DNA from: Candidatus Aenigmatarchaeota archaeon
GTDB lineage: Archaea > Aenigmatarchaeota > Aenigmatarchaeia > CG10238-14 > SCSR01
Direction of reading: 5' to 3'
DNA: 64,000 nucleotides
NCBI GenBank assembly: GCA_016187385.1
Contig: JACPJU010000001.1
Coordinates: forward strand, 8,348-72,347
In this document: positions 1 to 8,529 of the stretch, piece by piece
Layout of the letters: each line of letters starts with the position of its first letter
Numbering within the stretch: the stretch's first letter is position 1
Notes under the pieces: generated by a model
Seen by the model: only the letters and a program-made list of their open reading frames with translations
Databases searched by the model: none
Told to the model about the DNA's origin: nothing
Position numbers and translations under genes: made by a program

Positions 1-44
1 AGATACCAAAGAAGGAATAAAATGGAAATTTGTTGAATAAACCA

Positions 45-52
45 ATTTAAAC
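45..52 (+). promoter_or_regulatory. Putative archaeal TATA-like box (TTTAAACC) upstream of the primase start
   Basis: A/T hexamer 'tttaaa' about 50 nt upstream of the ATG at 101. Spacing to the start codon is loose, so this is weak. Confidence 0.2.
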
Positions 53-100
53 CCTTCCCCTCAATATATTTTCGAGGAGTGAATCTTCTCAAGGCATACC

Positions 101-1393
101 ATGGCCGTTGATTTCAAGCGCATCTGGAGTTACTATTCCCGCGAATCTGTTCAAAAGGCTCTTGTGGAAGCAGGCAAGGACAGGGAAGTGGTTTCTGTTT
201 TTCAGGACGGAAGCTTCGGTAAGCGGCCAGACATCATACAATACCCGACAGACGTAGTTCAGGCTGTTTCTGACGGTACGGTCGCTTTCCACGGCTCTGT
301 GGAGAGATGGAACAATCCGATGAACTTGAGCGTCGGCATGTACAAGCCTGACATGGACAACCTAAGAAAAGGCTGGGACATTATTTTTGATCCTGATGTC
401 AAGGACTTTGAAATCGCTAAACTGGTCGCGAAACAGATAATACAAATACTAGAAAAGCACAATGTCAAAAATTACTCTGTTAAATTCACGGGTGGCAAAG
501 GGTTTCACATAGGCGTTTGTTTCGAATCCCTGCCGGAAAGGATAAATCTTCAGCCGGTAAATACATTATACCCTTCGCTGTTCCAGAATGTGGTAGAGTA
601 TGTCAAGTGGTATTCTAGAGATGAGTTAAAGGAAAAATTGTTGGCTCTGGATGATCCCGAGAACTTGGCCAAAAGAGTCGGCAAATCGCTTAACGAGATA
701 ATAACAGAGAATGAACTTGACCCGTTCAAGATAATCTCGATGGATGTGTTCGGCTCGCGGCATCTTTTTAGGCTTCCTTATTCTCTACACGAGTCGACTT
801 TGCTTGTCAGCATGCCTGTAAAAGTTGAGAAGATAGAAAAATTCAAAAAGGAAGATGCGTCGACTGAAAAGGTCAAGATTGATGAAAAGTTTCTTGTGCC
901 TTTGGTAAAGAATGACGGCGAAAGTTTGATAGTCGAGGCGTCGGACTGGGCAAGCAAGTATAAGATTGAAGTCAAGACTGAATTCCAGCAAAGGAAATTT
1001 GTAAAAATCAGTGAAGTTCCTGAAACGTTTTTCCCGCCATGCATCAGGCAGTTATTGCAAGTTGGACTGGCTGACGGCAAGAAAAGAGCTTTGTTCATTC
1101 TTATCACATTCATGAGAAACATGGGATGGTCTGACGAAAAGATACAGGACAAGGTAGTCGAATGGAACGAAAAGAATATACCACCGTTGAGGTCTAACTA
1201 TCTACGTTCGCAATTGAGATGGCATTTCAGGCAGGACAGAAATCTGCTGCCGCCGAACTGCGTTAATGATGTGTTCTACAAGCAACTCGGACTCTATGAC
1301 ATGTGCTGCAAGGAGATAGATCATGCGAACATCAAGAACCCTGTTAATGTGCCATTAAGGAGATTGAAAGAAAGGAAACAAGTGGTTAAATAA
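101..1393 (+). CDS. priSL: DNA primase, fused small (PriS) and large-subunit C-terminal (PriL-CTD-like) domains
   Basis: N-terminal half has the archaeo-eukaryotic primase catalytic motif (KFTGGKGFHIGVCF, i.e. SGxxGxH-like, plus acidic DxD-like residues). C-terminal part has FPPCIRQLL, which resembles the conserved PPC(M/I) motif of the PriL/PRIM2 C-terminal domain, plus extra Cys residues (NCVND...DMCCKE). 430 aa, which matches the compact fused primases reported in nano-sized archaea. Confidence 0.7.
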   Translation: MAVDFKRIWSYYSRESVQKALVEAGKDREVVSVFQDGSFGKRPDIIQYPTDVVQAVSDGTVAFHGSVERWNNPMNLSVGMYKPDMDNLRKGWDIIFDPDVKDFEIAKLVAKQIIQILEKHNVKNYSVKFTGGKGFHIGVCFESLPERINLQPVNTLYPSLFQNVVEYVKWYSRDELKEKLLALDDPENLAKRVGKSLNEIITENELDPFKIISMDVFGSRHLFRLPYSLHESTLLVSMPVKVEKIEKFKKEDASTEKVKIDEKFLVPLVKNDGESLIVEASDWASKYKIEVKTEFQQRKFVKISEVPETFFPPCIRQLLQVGLADGKKRALFILITFMRNMGWSDEKIQDKVVEWNEKNIPPLRSNYLRSQLRWHFRQDRNLLPPNCVNDVFYKQLGLYDMCCKEIDHANIKNPVNVPLRRLKERKQVVK

Positions 1394-1425
1394 CGTTTGG
1401 GTTTTGGGCTTAGGATTTTTGTTCG

Positions 1426-1441
1426 TGTCCCATATGGGATA
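1426..1441. promoter_or_regulatory. Near-perfect 16-bp palindrome TGTCCCATATGGGATA (one mismatch to TGTCCCATATGGGACA at 4585-4600)
   Basis: Read directly. Core TCCCATATGGGA (1428-1439) is a perfect palindrome. Confidence 0.5.
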
Positions 1442-1443
1442 TT

Positions 1444-1457
1444 GTAGTACGTACTAC
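1444..1457. promoter_or_regulatory. Perfect 14-bp palindrome GTAGTACGTACTAC
   Basis: Read directly. Related AGTACGTACT core recurs at about 3307-3318. Confidence 0.45.
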
Positions 1458-1507
1458 ATGTGTGGATTGCGGTATAAGACGCCTCATATCTCTGCGATCT
1501 TGTCTTA

Positions 1508-1523
1508 TGTCACACGTGTGACA
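1508..1523. promoter_or_regulatory. Perfect 16-bp palindrome TGTCACACGTGTGACA (identical copy at 4632-4647)
   Basis: Read directly. CACGTG core flanked by TGTC/GACA arms. Sits in the intergenic space between the primase and the next ORF. Confidence 0.5.
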
Positions 1524-1618
1524 TTATCAAATCGACAAGAATATCCTATATGCATCAATTACTTTAATGCAAACCCGACCTGTAAATCTTTATAAATTTA
1601 TTTTATTGATTGTAATCC

Positions 1619-2155
1619 ATGGAAGGGGAGATACTTGACTTTATTGCACAAAATAGATTGATAGTTGCTAGTCTGGGCTTGCTAGCTTTGGGGGGTGCAT
1701 TATATTTACGAAAAATGAATCGTTCTCAAAGAATCACCGTATCCAATAATCTGTCACAAGCTTCGACTGTAGAAAAAGTTGATGAAGTAAGAGTTGATGA
1801 TGAGGAAGAATTGCAAGTAAGAGACATTTCCCAGTTATTAGCACAAAAACTGGATGACAATAGTTATGAGCTGGTTGCTAAAGTCGACAAGGTTTACAAC
1901 AGTCCAAGAGGTTATATAGGCCTATTGTCAGATCATGAGGCAAAAATACCTTTCATTTATGAAAAACATGAAGGTGATGACGATAGTTATTATGCTATCG
2001 CCGGACTTTTATTGCACGAATCATTGGATAGCCGGTCTGATTTAGAATTAAACGGCACTGTCAAATCTCCTTATACTGATGATACATCGCGAACTTTCCG
2101 TATAGAATATATGAAAGGGAAAATCGCTGGCATGGATTACGAAGTCTCACTCTAA
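1619..2155 (+). CDS. Hypothetical protein with N-terminal transmembrane helix
   Basis: 178-aa ORF. Hydrophobic segment LIVASLGLLALGGALYL near the N-terminus. Acidic C-terminal region. No recognisable family. Confidence 0.4.
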   Translation: MEGEILDFIAQNRLIVASLGLLALGGALYLRKMNRSQRITVSNNLSQASTVEKVDEVRVDDEEELQVRDISQLLAQKLDDNSYELVAKVDKVYNSPRGYIGLLSDHEAKIPFIYEKHEGDDDSYYAIAGLLLHESLDSRSDLELNGTVKSPYTDDTSRTFRIEYMKGKIAGMDYEVSL

Positions 2156-2219
2156 TTGATGCTTACCGAGGCTGATAAAATCTATTTAACTTTTCTAATT
2201 TTCTATATAAAATGAAAAC

Positions 2220-2741
2220 ATGCCAGAAGAAACAATCACTTTCGAGCTTATCCGAAAGGTGCATCTGGAAGAACAGAAATCGCCTACATTGACCAGAATA
2301 CCGACGAATTTCTTCCATGCGACCTCGAATTACATCAACCAGAAGAAACAGTTGGACATCGACGACAGGAAGGCATCCCTTGAATTAAGAAGCGTCGAAA
2401 GACTGATAGAAGACATATTCAACAGGAGGGAAAGGAAGATTCTGAACGCCGCCATAATTTCTGCTAGAACAGGATTGCCTCCGGAAAATCTTTCGGAAGA
2501 GGAAAGACCGTTCTACAATTCAATTGTAGCCATGGTAAAGAACAGGAGACATGAACTTCTGTCTGTTATGATGCCTGACAAGAGAAAAGAATCCATGGCA
2601 ATCTTCAAGGAGGACACTCCGGAATTTGTCGGAAGCGACGAGCAGACTTATGGACCTTTCAAGATAGGGGATACGTCCAAGCTTCCTGAGGACGACATGA
2701 GAATCCTTCTCGAAAGGGGCGTGGTAGAAGAGCTTAAATAA
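2220..2741 (+). CDS. Putative GINS subunit (Gins51/Gins15-like). Assignment rests on gene context more than on sequence.
   Basis: 173-aa helical, charged protein located between the primase and rpl44e. In many archaea gins15 lies next to priS. No strongly diagnostic motif seen. Confidence 0.3.
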   Translation: MPEETITFELIRKVHLEEQKSPTLTRIPTNFFHATSNYINQKKQLDIDDRKASLELRSVERLIEDIFNRRERKILNAAIISARTGLPPENLSEEERPFYNSIVAMVKNRRHELLSVMMPDKRKESMAIFKEDTPEFVGSDEQTYGPFKIGDTSKLPEDDMRILLERGVVEELK

Positions 2742-2772
2742 CTTTTAAAATAAATCTTTACAATTGATTTAA

Positions 2773-3054
2773 ATGAAATTCCCCCAGACTCTTAGGACAT
2801 ACTGCATATACTGCAAAAAACATACAATGCATACAGTAGAAATATCCAAGAAAAGGACCAGAGGGTCAATGACACAAGGTCAAAGGAGATATCAACGTAA
2901 ATTAAAGGGGTATGGAAGCTTTCCACGCCCGAAACCAGATCATGAAAAGGTCACGAAAAAAGTTGACTTGAGATACAAATGCAGCGAATGCGGCAAGAAG
3001 CATATGAGAGGTCAAGGATGGAGAGCGAAGAAATTCGAGTTGGTGAAAGGGTGA
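2773..3054 (+). CDS. rpl44e: Ribosomal protein eL42 (L44e)
   Basis: 93 aa. Motifs TYCxxCKKHTxH ... [10 protein letters not shown] ... GWRAKKFEL are typical of L44e zinc-ribbon proteins. TTTTAAAATA box about 30 nt upstream. Confidence 0.9.
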   Translation: MKFPQTLRTYCIYCKKHTMHTVEISKKRTRGSMTQGQRRYQRKLKGYGSFPRPKPDHEKVTKKVDLRYKCSECGKKHMRGQGWRAKKFELVKG

Positions 3055-3065
3055 AAGAATTGATC

Positions 3066-3236
3066 ATGCCAAGAAGCAAGTTTGTCAAGGTTACATGCAG
3101 GAAATGCAGAAACGAGCAGGTAATATTCAACAAGGTTTCTACTGTTGTGAAATGCTTGAAATGTCAGAATGAGCTGGCGACTCCTACTGGCGGGGACGCT
3201 GAAATTAAGGGAAAAGTTACGAAATCTTTGATGTAA
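3066..3236 (+). CDS. rps27e: Ribosomal protein eS27 (S27e)
   Basis: Internal Met of ORF 2979..3236. Sequence FVKVTCRKCRNEQVIFNKVSTVVKCLKCQNELATPTGG is the C4 zinc-finger S27e signature. The usual rpl44e-rps27e gene pair. Confidence 0.85.
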   Translation: MPRSKFVKVTCRKCRNEQVIFNKVSTVVKCLKCQNELATPTGGDAEIKGKVTKSLM

Positions 3237-3250
3237 AATTTATATACTAG

Positions 3251-3275
3251 CTGCAAAAAAAAGTTTTTGCTGTTT
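3251..3275 (+). terminator. Hairpin GCAAAAA-AAAG-TTTTTGC followed by a T-rich run, downstream of rps27e
   Basis: 7-bp stem with 4-nt loop read directly, followed by TGTTTAT. Archaeal terminators are oligo-T based. Confidence 0.3.
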
Positions 3276-3401
3276 ATCCAAAATATATTATCATCTATGC
3301 GACAAATGTAGTACGTACTCAAAGTCGCGAATTAAGTATGAACAAATAGGAAGGTAAGCGTACGAAGAAGGACTTAAATACCTTACTATCAAGTAATAAA
3401 T

Positions 3402-3833
3402 ATGAAATTTCCAAAAACTTCTGGTTTCAAAAGAAGACAAGAATTAGTCAGACAAATTATCGAAGCTTATAAACAAAAAGCAATAAAATTGGCTTATCAG
3501 CTTGGTGATTTAAGAGACATCAGGAGTGATTATAGAGAATCAGTAGCAAATTATAGACCAACTGAAATTTTAAGTAATCCGCCATTGCAAGACGTGTTTG
3601 GGCATTATGATCAAAAAACTCAACAGCGTATAGGCACCGGACTTATACAAGCTATCTTATTCGCCCCAGACGAGGCTATGGCAGAAGCTGAATGGTACGA
3701 AAAACTTGTTGATTCTCCTCGATTATATTTTGTAACTGGATCTGATTTACAAGAAGTTCTTGAAAGATTACCCCTTACAAAAAAACCAAAATCTTTTACA
3801 TATTTGAGAAACCAGCGTCCGCCGACCGTATAA
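3402..3833 (+). CDS. Hypothetical protein
   Basis: 143-aa ORF with no recognised motif. Confidence 0.4.
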   Translation: MKFPKTSGFKRRQELVRQIIEAYKQKAIKLAYQLGDLRDIRSDYRESVANYRPTEILSNPPLQDVFGHYDQKTQQRIGTGLIQAILFAPDEAMAEAEWYEKLVDSPRLYFVTGSDLQEVLERLPLTKKPKSFTYLRNQRPPTV

Positions 3834-3910
3834 ATTAACATCTAAATCGAAACAAATTCTACCATGTCTAAAACCTTATCTTTTTAAAACGCGAAATATT
3901 AGTAGATATA

Positions 3911-4465
3911 ATGTTCTGGAGCAAGAAGAAGTGCAGGAACTGCGATAATGAAGTCAAATCCGACTGGATGTACTGCTCTAACTGCGGGATAGACTTGACA
4001 GAAAAGAAGCATATCCATAGCGAGATTGACAAGGATTTCCGAAGGATCGACAAATTGTTCGACGGCAGGGAGCCAAAGTTCATTTTAAAGCCATCGCTAA
4101 AGTCCAAAGGCATCAGCATAACAATAACTTCTGATAATATGACTCCGCCAAAGATTGAGGTTATGTCATCTGGCGAGTTTAAAAGAAAGTCACAGATTGA
4201 GGAGCCAAAGCCTGTAAGAATACCAAAGGTTACAGAAGAGCCTCACACGAAGATTGAGAGAAAGCATGACAAGCAGATCATTACTGTTGATATGCCTGAT
4301 GTGAAGAGCCTTGATGATATAGAACTCAAACAGCTTCACCAGAGCATTGAGATAAAGGCATTCGCAGGGGACAAGGCATACTTTAAGCTGATTCCTATAC
4401 CAATGAACGCAACCGTCAACAATGAATTCAAGGACGGCGTGCTAAAGATTGAAGTTGTGAAATGA
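3911..4465 (+). CDS. Zinc-ribbon protein with C-terminal Hsp20/alpha-crystallin-like region
   Basis: N-terminus CRNCDNEV...YCSNCG (two CxxC pairs, zinc ribbon). C-terminus ends ...EFKDGVLKIEVVK, which resembles the terminal beta-strand motif of small heat-shock proteins. Confidence 0.35.
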   Translation: MFWSKKKCRNCDNEVKSDWMYCSNCGIDLTEKKHIHSEIDKDFRRIDKLFDGREPKFILKPSLKSKGISITITSDNMTPPKIEVMSSGEFKRKSQIEEPKPVRIPKVTEEPHTKIERKHDKQIITVDMPDVKSLDDIELKQLHQSIEIKAFAGDKAYFKLIPIPMNATVNNEFKDGVLKIEVVK

Positions 4466-4509
4466 TTATCTCATCTGACTGATATGTCTTTTTGGTTATC
4501 GAAAAGGTT

Positions 4510-4525
4510 TGTCGCATATGCGACA
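4510..4525. promoter_or_regulatory. Perfect 16-bp palindrome TGTCGCATATGCGACA
   Basis: Read directly. Confidence 0.5.
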
Positions 4526-4538
4526 TGTACAACCTCCC

Positions 4539-4556
4539 ATGTAAAACGTTTTACAT
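4539..4556. promoter_or_regulatory. Perfect 18-bp palindrome ATGTAAAACGTTTTACAT
   Basis: Read directly. Confidence 0.45.
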
Positions 4557-4584
4557 ATTTGGAAAATTGTCTGACGCCATGCAT

Positions 4585-4600
4585 TGTCCCATATGGGACA
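4585..4600. promoter_or_regulatory. Perfect 16-bp palindrome TGTCCCATATGGGACA
   Basis: Read directly. Confidence 0.5.
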
Positions 4601-4631
4601 TTATTCTTCGCGATACAATCACAACATTAAT

Positions 4632-4647
4632 TGTCACACGTGTGACA
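4632..4647. promoter_or_regulatory. Perfect 16-bp palindrome TGTCACACGTGTGACA (second copy)
   Basis: Read directly. Identical to 1508-1523. Confidence 0.5.
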
Positions 4648-4661
4648 CACAAAGAACGCCA

Positions 4662-5357
4662 TCAAAAAATCAACTTTATAAAAACCGCGAAAATTAAAAT
4701 TGTCCCCAAATCTGCTATTGATGTCATAACCGGCAAAACAAGGTTGTTGGGATCCTCCTTCCGTGAATAGACATAGTATACAGCAAAAGCCGCGATTACA
4801 ATGATCAGGCTGACCATCGACAACGTTGTGAACAATGAAATCTGCAGCACTTTTAAAACGGAAGCCAAAGTCAATGAGAATCCATTCAGATAAGCTATCA
4901 AGGAAGAAATCGCGCTTATGTAAAATGCGGAAAAAATAGCCACAAGTGCTATTGTTCTTATCAGTTTTCTGATGTCTTCATCCATCCACCAATCGCGCTT
5001 CGTGCCTTTCGTGAAAACCAGTGTAGACAGTCTAGAAACCATAATCATGCTGTAATCCCCAATCATGTCATTCAATGCGGGCAACAGAATAATCAACGGT
5101 AGAAAAGCTATGAACGATGATTGAATTTTCTGCAGGCTTATCCCGCTTATGGTGCTGAAAAGAAACGCCAGTATCAATGCCAAGAGACTCTCTCTAAGTA
5201 TGACAGACACTATGTTTGACTTGGGTCCGTATTCTTTCATGTAGAAAATGGTTCTGTGCGAAATTTTGTGTTTGCGGTGAATCTTATGAATGAGAGGGTT
5301 ATGCTCATGTCTTTTCAATCTTGCCAATTGTTTTCTGAGTTTTGATGATAATTTCAT
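4662..5357 (-). CDS. MgtE-like divalent-cation transporter membrane-domain protein
   Basis: Multi-TM protein with DPNNLVLPVMTSIADLG, matching the D-P-(D/N)-N-x(3)-P-x(2)-T-x(3)-D-x-x-G signature of the MgtE/SLC41 integral-membrane domain. Start overlaps the stop of the upstream paralog (ATGA). Confidence 0.55.
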   Translation of the reverse strand: MKLSSKLRKQLARLKRHEHNPLIHKIHRKHKISHRTIFYMKEYGPKSNIVSVILRESLLALILAFLFSTISGISLQKIQSSFIAFLPLIILLPALNDMIGDYSMIMVSRLSTLVFTKGTKRDWWMDEDIRKLIRTIALVAIFSAFYISAISSLIAYLNGFSLTLASVLKVLQISLFTTLSMVSLIIVIAAFAVYYVYSRKEDPNNLVLPVMTSIADLGTILIFAVFIKLIF

Positions 5358-5896
5358 ATAACCGCCACAGCCGCCAAAAGTGAAAGAATCGTCACAATAT
5401 CACCGGATGTTGTAACATAAGGACCCATTATGTTGTTGGGATCAAAACCTCGCTTGAACAACCAAAATGTCAGAAAAACTGTCATAGGAATTTCTATGAT
5501 GTTTGACAGGACAGCAGCGAATATGGAAATCAATATTATCTTTGGGTAGTCAACGCCAGAAAAAACATAGTTCGCCAAATAGGCAACCGACCCTAGAAGA
5601 AGACTGGTTATTAACGTCAGCAGAATAGCTACTTTGATGTTTTCTACTGTAATCCTGTTTATTGGTTTTCTGGATTTTATCACGCCCAAATGCAACCCTG
5701 CGCTTAACCTCGCCGCCAGACTCCCGCTCACATTGCCCCTCATATCCAAAAGACCCGGAAGCAATATGAAAAATCCTGGTATCAGATAAATCTTGTCAAG
5801 AGCTACCGCAAGAAAATATCCGGCTATCAAGCCGCCTGTGATCGAAATTAATTGGGTGGAGAAAATTTCTTTGAAGTCCTTTGCGAAAATCTGCAT
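5354..5896 (-). CDS. MgtE-like divalent-cation transporter membrane-domain protein (tandem paralog)
   Basis: Contains GFDPNNIMGPYVTTSGDIVT, the same MgtE TM-domain signature. Four or five hydrophobic segments. Confidence 0.55.
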   Translation of the reverse strand: MQIFAKDFKEIFSTQLISITGGLIAGYFLAVALDKIYLIPGFFILLPGLLDMRGNVSGSLAARLSAGLHLGVIKSRKPINRITVENIKVAILLTLITSLLLGSVAYLANYVFSGVDYPKIILISIFAAVLSNIIEIPMTVFLTFWLFKRGFDPNNIMGPYVTTSGDIVTILSLLAAVAVI

Positions 5897-5911
5897 AATA
5901 TTTATTGCGTT

Positions 5912-6937
5912 TTATCTGTTAAAATCAATTCCGTCTACAGACACCATTGTACCTTCCATACCAAACTTAACGCCTAGAATCTTTTCTGTCACAGCAATAT
6001 TTGTTCTGCAGTGTTCTGTAATTTCTTCGACTTTAATTTCTGATTTTCCTTTTGCCAATGCGATAAATGGAATTATTTGATCAGCCATCCATTTGTCCAA
6101 AGCCGCATTGGATTCCATGGATTTAATCAATTCGAATGAAGCTTCTTCACCAACTTTCTGGGCGGGCTTGCCTATTTCTCCAATATTATCAGAACCTATG
6201 ACAGAATTTCCACAATCAGCCCACAGTGTTATTGAAGTTCCAGGCGAGGCTGTATCGACAACTCTCTTTTCTATCTGTGCATCTGGAAAGCTGTTTTCAA
6301 CTAATGCCTTCTTTGCGCCATTCGCCTGTCGTTTGGCTATGTCTTCCGGCAGCGACCCGACAACCGAGATTCCTTTTATGTGATTGATTTTTCCTCTTTC
6401 TGTCAGCTTGACCGGATTCAATTTTTTCACAGGTTTGAAAATTATTTTTACTTCTCCTTGACCTTTCGAATAAAATCCTTCCCTTATAACTTCCATGCGA
6501 GGCAATGGTAAACCCAATCTGTTCAATATCGGGAATGTTACATGTTCGAGATAATGAATGTTCGGAGCACCCAATCCAGCAGTGCCACCTGTGATGTCTA
6601 AAGTTATTTCATTGTCTGCAAAAATCAGCAATGGTGATAGCGTCTGAAGCAACAGCCCGATAGAACCGGCTGTTCCTATATCTATCTTTCTGCTTCTGAT
6701 GTTGTGTGATTTTGGTATGAATTCTATTTCTGTAGAATGCAACTCCAGTCCTCTGACTTGAGCATTTGTAAACTCTCCCGCTATCTTCACTCCTGTAAGA
6801 TGCTGCGCCTGCAATCCTGGTTTGGGTCTGTTCTTTCTTATGTTGATTATTTTTATTGGTTTGAGTGTTAATGCAGACAATGCGATAGAAGTTCTCAATA
6901 CTTGACCGTAACCTATGGAGCCGTCGATTGTTATCAT
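5912..6937 (-). CDS. rtcA: RNA 3'-terminal phosphate cyclase
   Basis: 341 aa. N-terminus MITIDGSIGYGQVLRTSIALSALTLKPIKIINIRKNRPKPGL closely matches the RtcA consensus (IDGS.GEGGGQ.LR...AL... I.NIRA.R..PGL). Conserved HLTG. Confidence 0.85.
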   Translation of the reverse strand: MITIDGSIGYGQVLRTSIALSALTLKPIKIINIRKNRPKPGLQAQHLTGVKIAGEFTNAQVRGLELHSTEIEFIPKSHNIRSRKIDIGTAGSIGLLLQTLSPLLIFADNEITLDITGGTAGLGAPNIHYLEHVTFPILNRLGLPLPRMEVIREGFYSKGQGEVKIIFKPVKKLNPVKLTERGKINHIKGISVVGSLPEDIAKRQANGAKKALVENSFPDAQIEKRVVDTASPGTSITLWADCGNSVIGSDNIGEIGKPAQKVGEEASFELIKSMESNAALDKWMADQIIPFIALAKGKSEIKVEEITEHCRTNIAVTEKILGVKFGMEGTMVSVDGIDFNR

Positions 6938-7007
6938 AATAGCCTTTTATTAATTCTACAGAAGATTTCTTTAACCTTTAAATATAAGATCGGTATCTTA
7001 TAAAATT

Positions 7008-7445
7008 ATGGAGCCTGTTCTTGTCTTTCTCATAGTTTATGTTGGAATGATTGCCAATGCCTTTTGGGAGTCTTATGTCGAAGGTAGGGATGCCTGGGAC
7101 AAAGGAAAATTAGGGTGGAAGATAAGAATCGGCAGGTATGTTTTTACAGCTTATCACTTTTATCTTTTCTGGGTTATGTGGCCGATTCTTCTTAGCCTTC
7201 CCCTTGTGCTCTACGGATGGGATACGAGATTATTTGGTGTTCTGATTAGCGCGTATTTCTCTGGACTAGTATTGGAAGATTTCATGTGGTTTGTAGTAAA
7301 TCCTGCTGTCAAGCTGTCAGAGCTCAATTCAAAATTTGCCGATTACTATCCGTGGTTGAAAATATGGAAATTCGAGGTTCCTTTGCTTTACATCAGTGGA
7401 ATATCAATAGCCATACTGTCTTGGTATCTCATATGGAGAGTATAA
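7008..7445 (+). CDS. Hypothetical integral membrane protein
   Basis: 145 aa, four hydrophobic segments, Trp/Tyr-rich. Confidence 0.4.
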   Translation: MEPVLVFLIVYVGMIANAFWESYVEGRDAWDKGKLGWKIRIGRYVFTAYHFYLFWVMWPILLSLPLVLYGWDTRLFGVLISAYFSGLVLEDFMWFVVNPAVKLSELNSKFADYYPWLKIWKFEVPLLYISGISIAILSWYLIWRV

Positions 7446-7502
7446 TAGAAGAATTTTAGAGGGCGCCAAAATAAAGAAAGTGTTCCACCGAGCGACGCGA
7501 AT

Positions 7503-7742
7503 TTAAGCAGTTTGAGCTTCAAACCGCTCTCTGAGAGAAGCATCGATTTTTTCTCTTCTAGTCTCATCTAAAAGTTCTATTGTAAGAGTTATACTCGAAT
7601 ATCCACGTAAGCGTTGCCAAAAATTCTTATTTTCAAAATTATAAGCTTCAATTGTACCGGCGTCTTGAAGACCCAACAGATAGTTGCCTACAAATATACC
7701 GTTTCTCCACATCGAAGTAGGTATCTTATATTTAAGTTCCAT
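7503..7742 (-). CDS. Hypothetical protein
   Basis: 79-aa ORF, no motif. Confidence 0.3.
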   Translation of the reverse strand: MELKYKIPTSMWRNGIFVGNYLLGLQDAGTIEAYNFENKNFWQRLRGYSSITLTIELLDETRREKIDASLRERFEAQTA

Positions 7743-7840
7743 AATTTACTTTTCACCTTTAATCTATTTATAAATCGCATAATAGAGCGAAGTGGAACAC
7801 AAAATAATATCTGTGCCCTTCGAAAATTGAAACTAAAACT

Positions 7841-8479
7841 TCAGCCTATAACCCGTGATAACAAGGCAATGTTCAAGATTCCCAGGAAGCTGAACAGGAA
7901 TGAGAAGAACAGAACTTTCTTCGCATCATAGCGAGCAATAGCCCACAACACGGACACGAAAACTTCTGTGGGCAACGGCAGTGAAACAAGTATGCCGGAA
8001 ATGGCGGGTATCGCCGCTTGCAGGAACTTTGATCTGTATACTCTCTGGTTGAGCCTGTGCTCAAATCTTTCAACATCGAATCCCATCTCGCGGGAAAAGA
8101 TGAACTTTACCTCTTCCAAGACATCCTCTTTGATGAATCTATATATGAGAAAATTGCTTATCATGGCGCCTAATCCCGCTATCAATGCTATTAGAACCGG
8201 ATTGAAGCTCTTGGAAATAACGAATATTGCGACTGCTGATGCAGCTGTCAACGCGCCGTAAGAGAATAAAAATCCAAGTAGGAGAGCACTCAAATATCCA
8301 AATTGAGCTAGGAATTCTGTTACCGCATATATCAGACCTGAATGCGCGAGGAAATATGCAAATACCAGTCCCAAAACAAGAATAATGATATTTTGATGCA
8401 TGAAATGGAACTTTATCAGGCTGCCCATGAAAGTATTGACTTTTCTAACCCGCTGGCTATCCTTGTAGGAATATTTCAT
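7841..8479 (-). CDS. Integral membrane protein (DedA/TVP38-like topology; family uncertain)
   Basis: 212 aa, multiple TM helices, Gly/Ala-rich re-entrant-like segments. Confidence 0.35.
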   Translation of the reverse strand: MKYSYKDSQRVRKVNTFMGSLIKFHFMHQNIIILVLGLVFAYFLAHSGLIYAVTEFLAQFGYLSALLLGFLFSYGALTAASAVAIFVISKSFNPVLIALIAGLGAMISNFLIYRFIKEDVLEEVKFIFSREMGFDVERFEHRLNQRVYRSKFLQAAIPAISGILVSLPLPTEVFVSVLWAIARYDAKKVLFFSFLFSFLGILNIALLSRVIG

Positions 8480-8529
8480 ACCTTATCTATTGGATTAGTA
8501 AAGAGATTAATTTTTAAATAAGATTGCCA

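Noticed and set aside
1404-1595. 63-aa ORF in the intergenic region after the primase
   Set aside because: It lies entirely over the palindrome cluster (TCCCATATGGGA, GTAGTACGTACTAC, TGTCACACGTGTGACA). It is Cys/Tyr-rich, of low complexity, and has no start context. More likely noncoding.
4492-4770. 92-aa ORF upstream of the MgtE genes
   Set aside because: It overlaps four perfect palindromes and the 3' end of the minus-strand MgtE-like gene. This is probably a shadow or spurious ORF.
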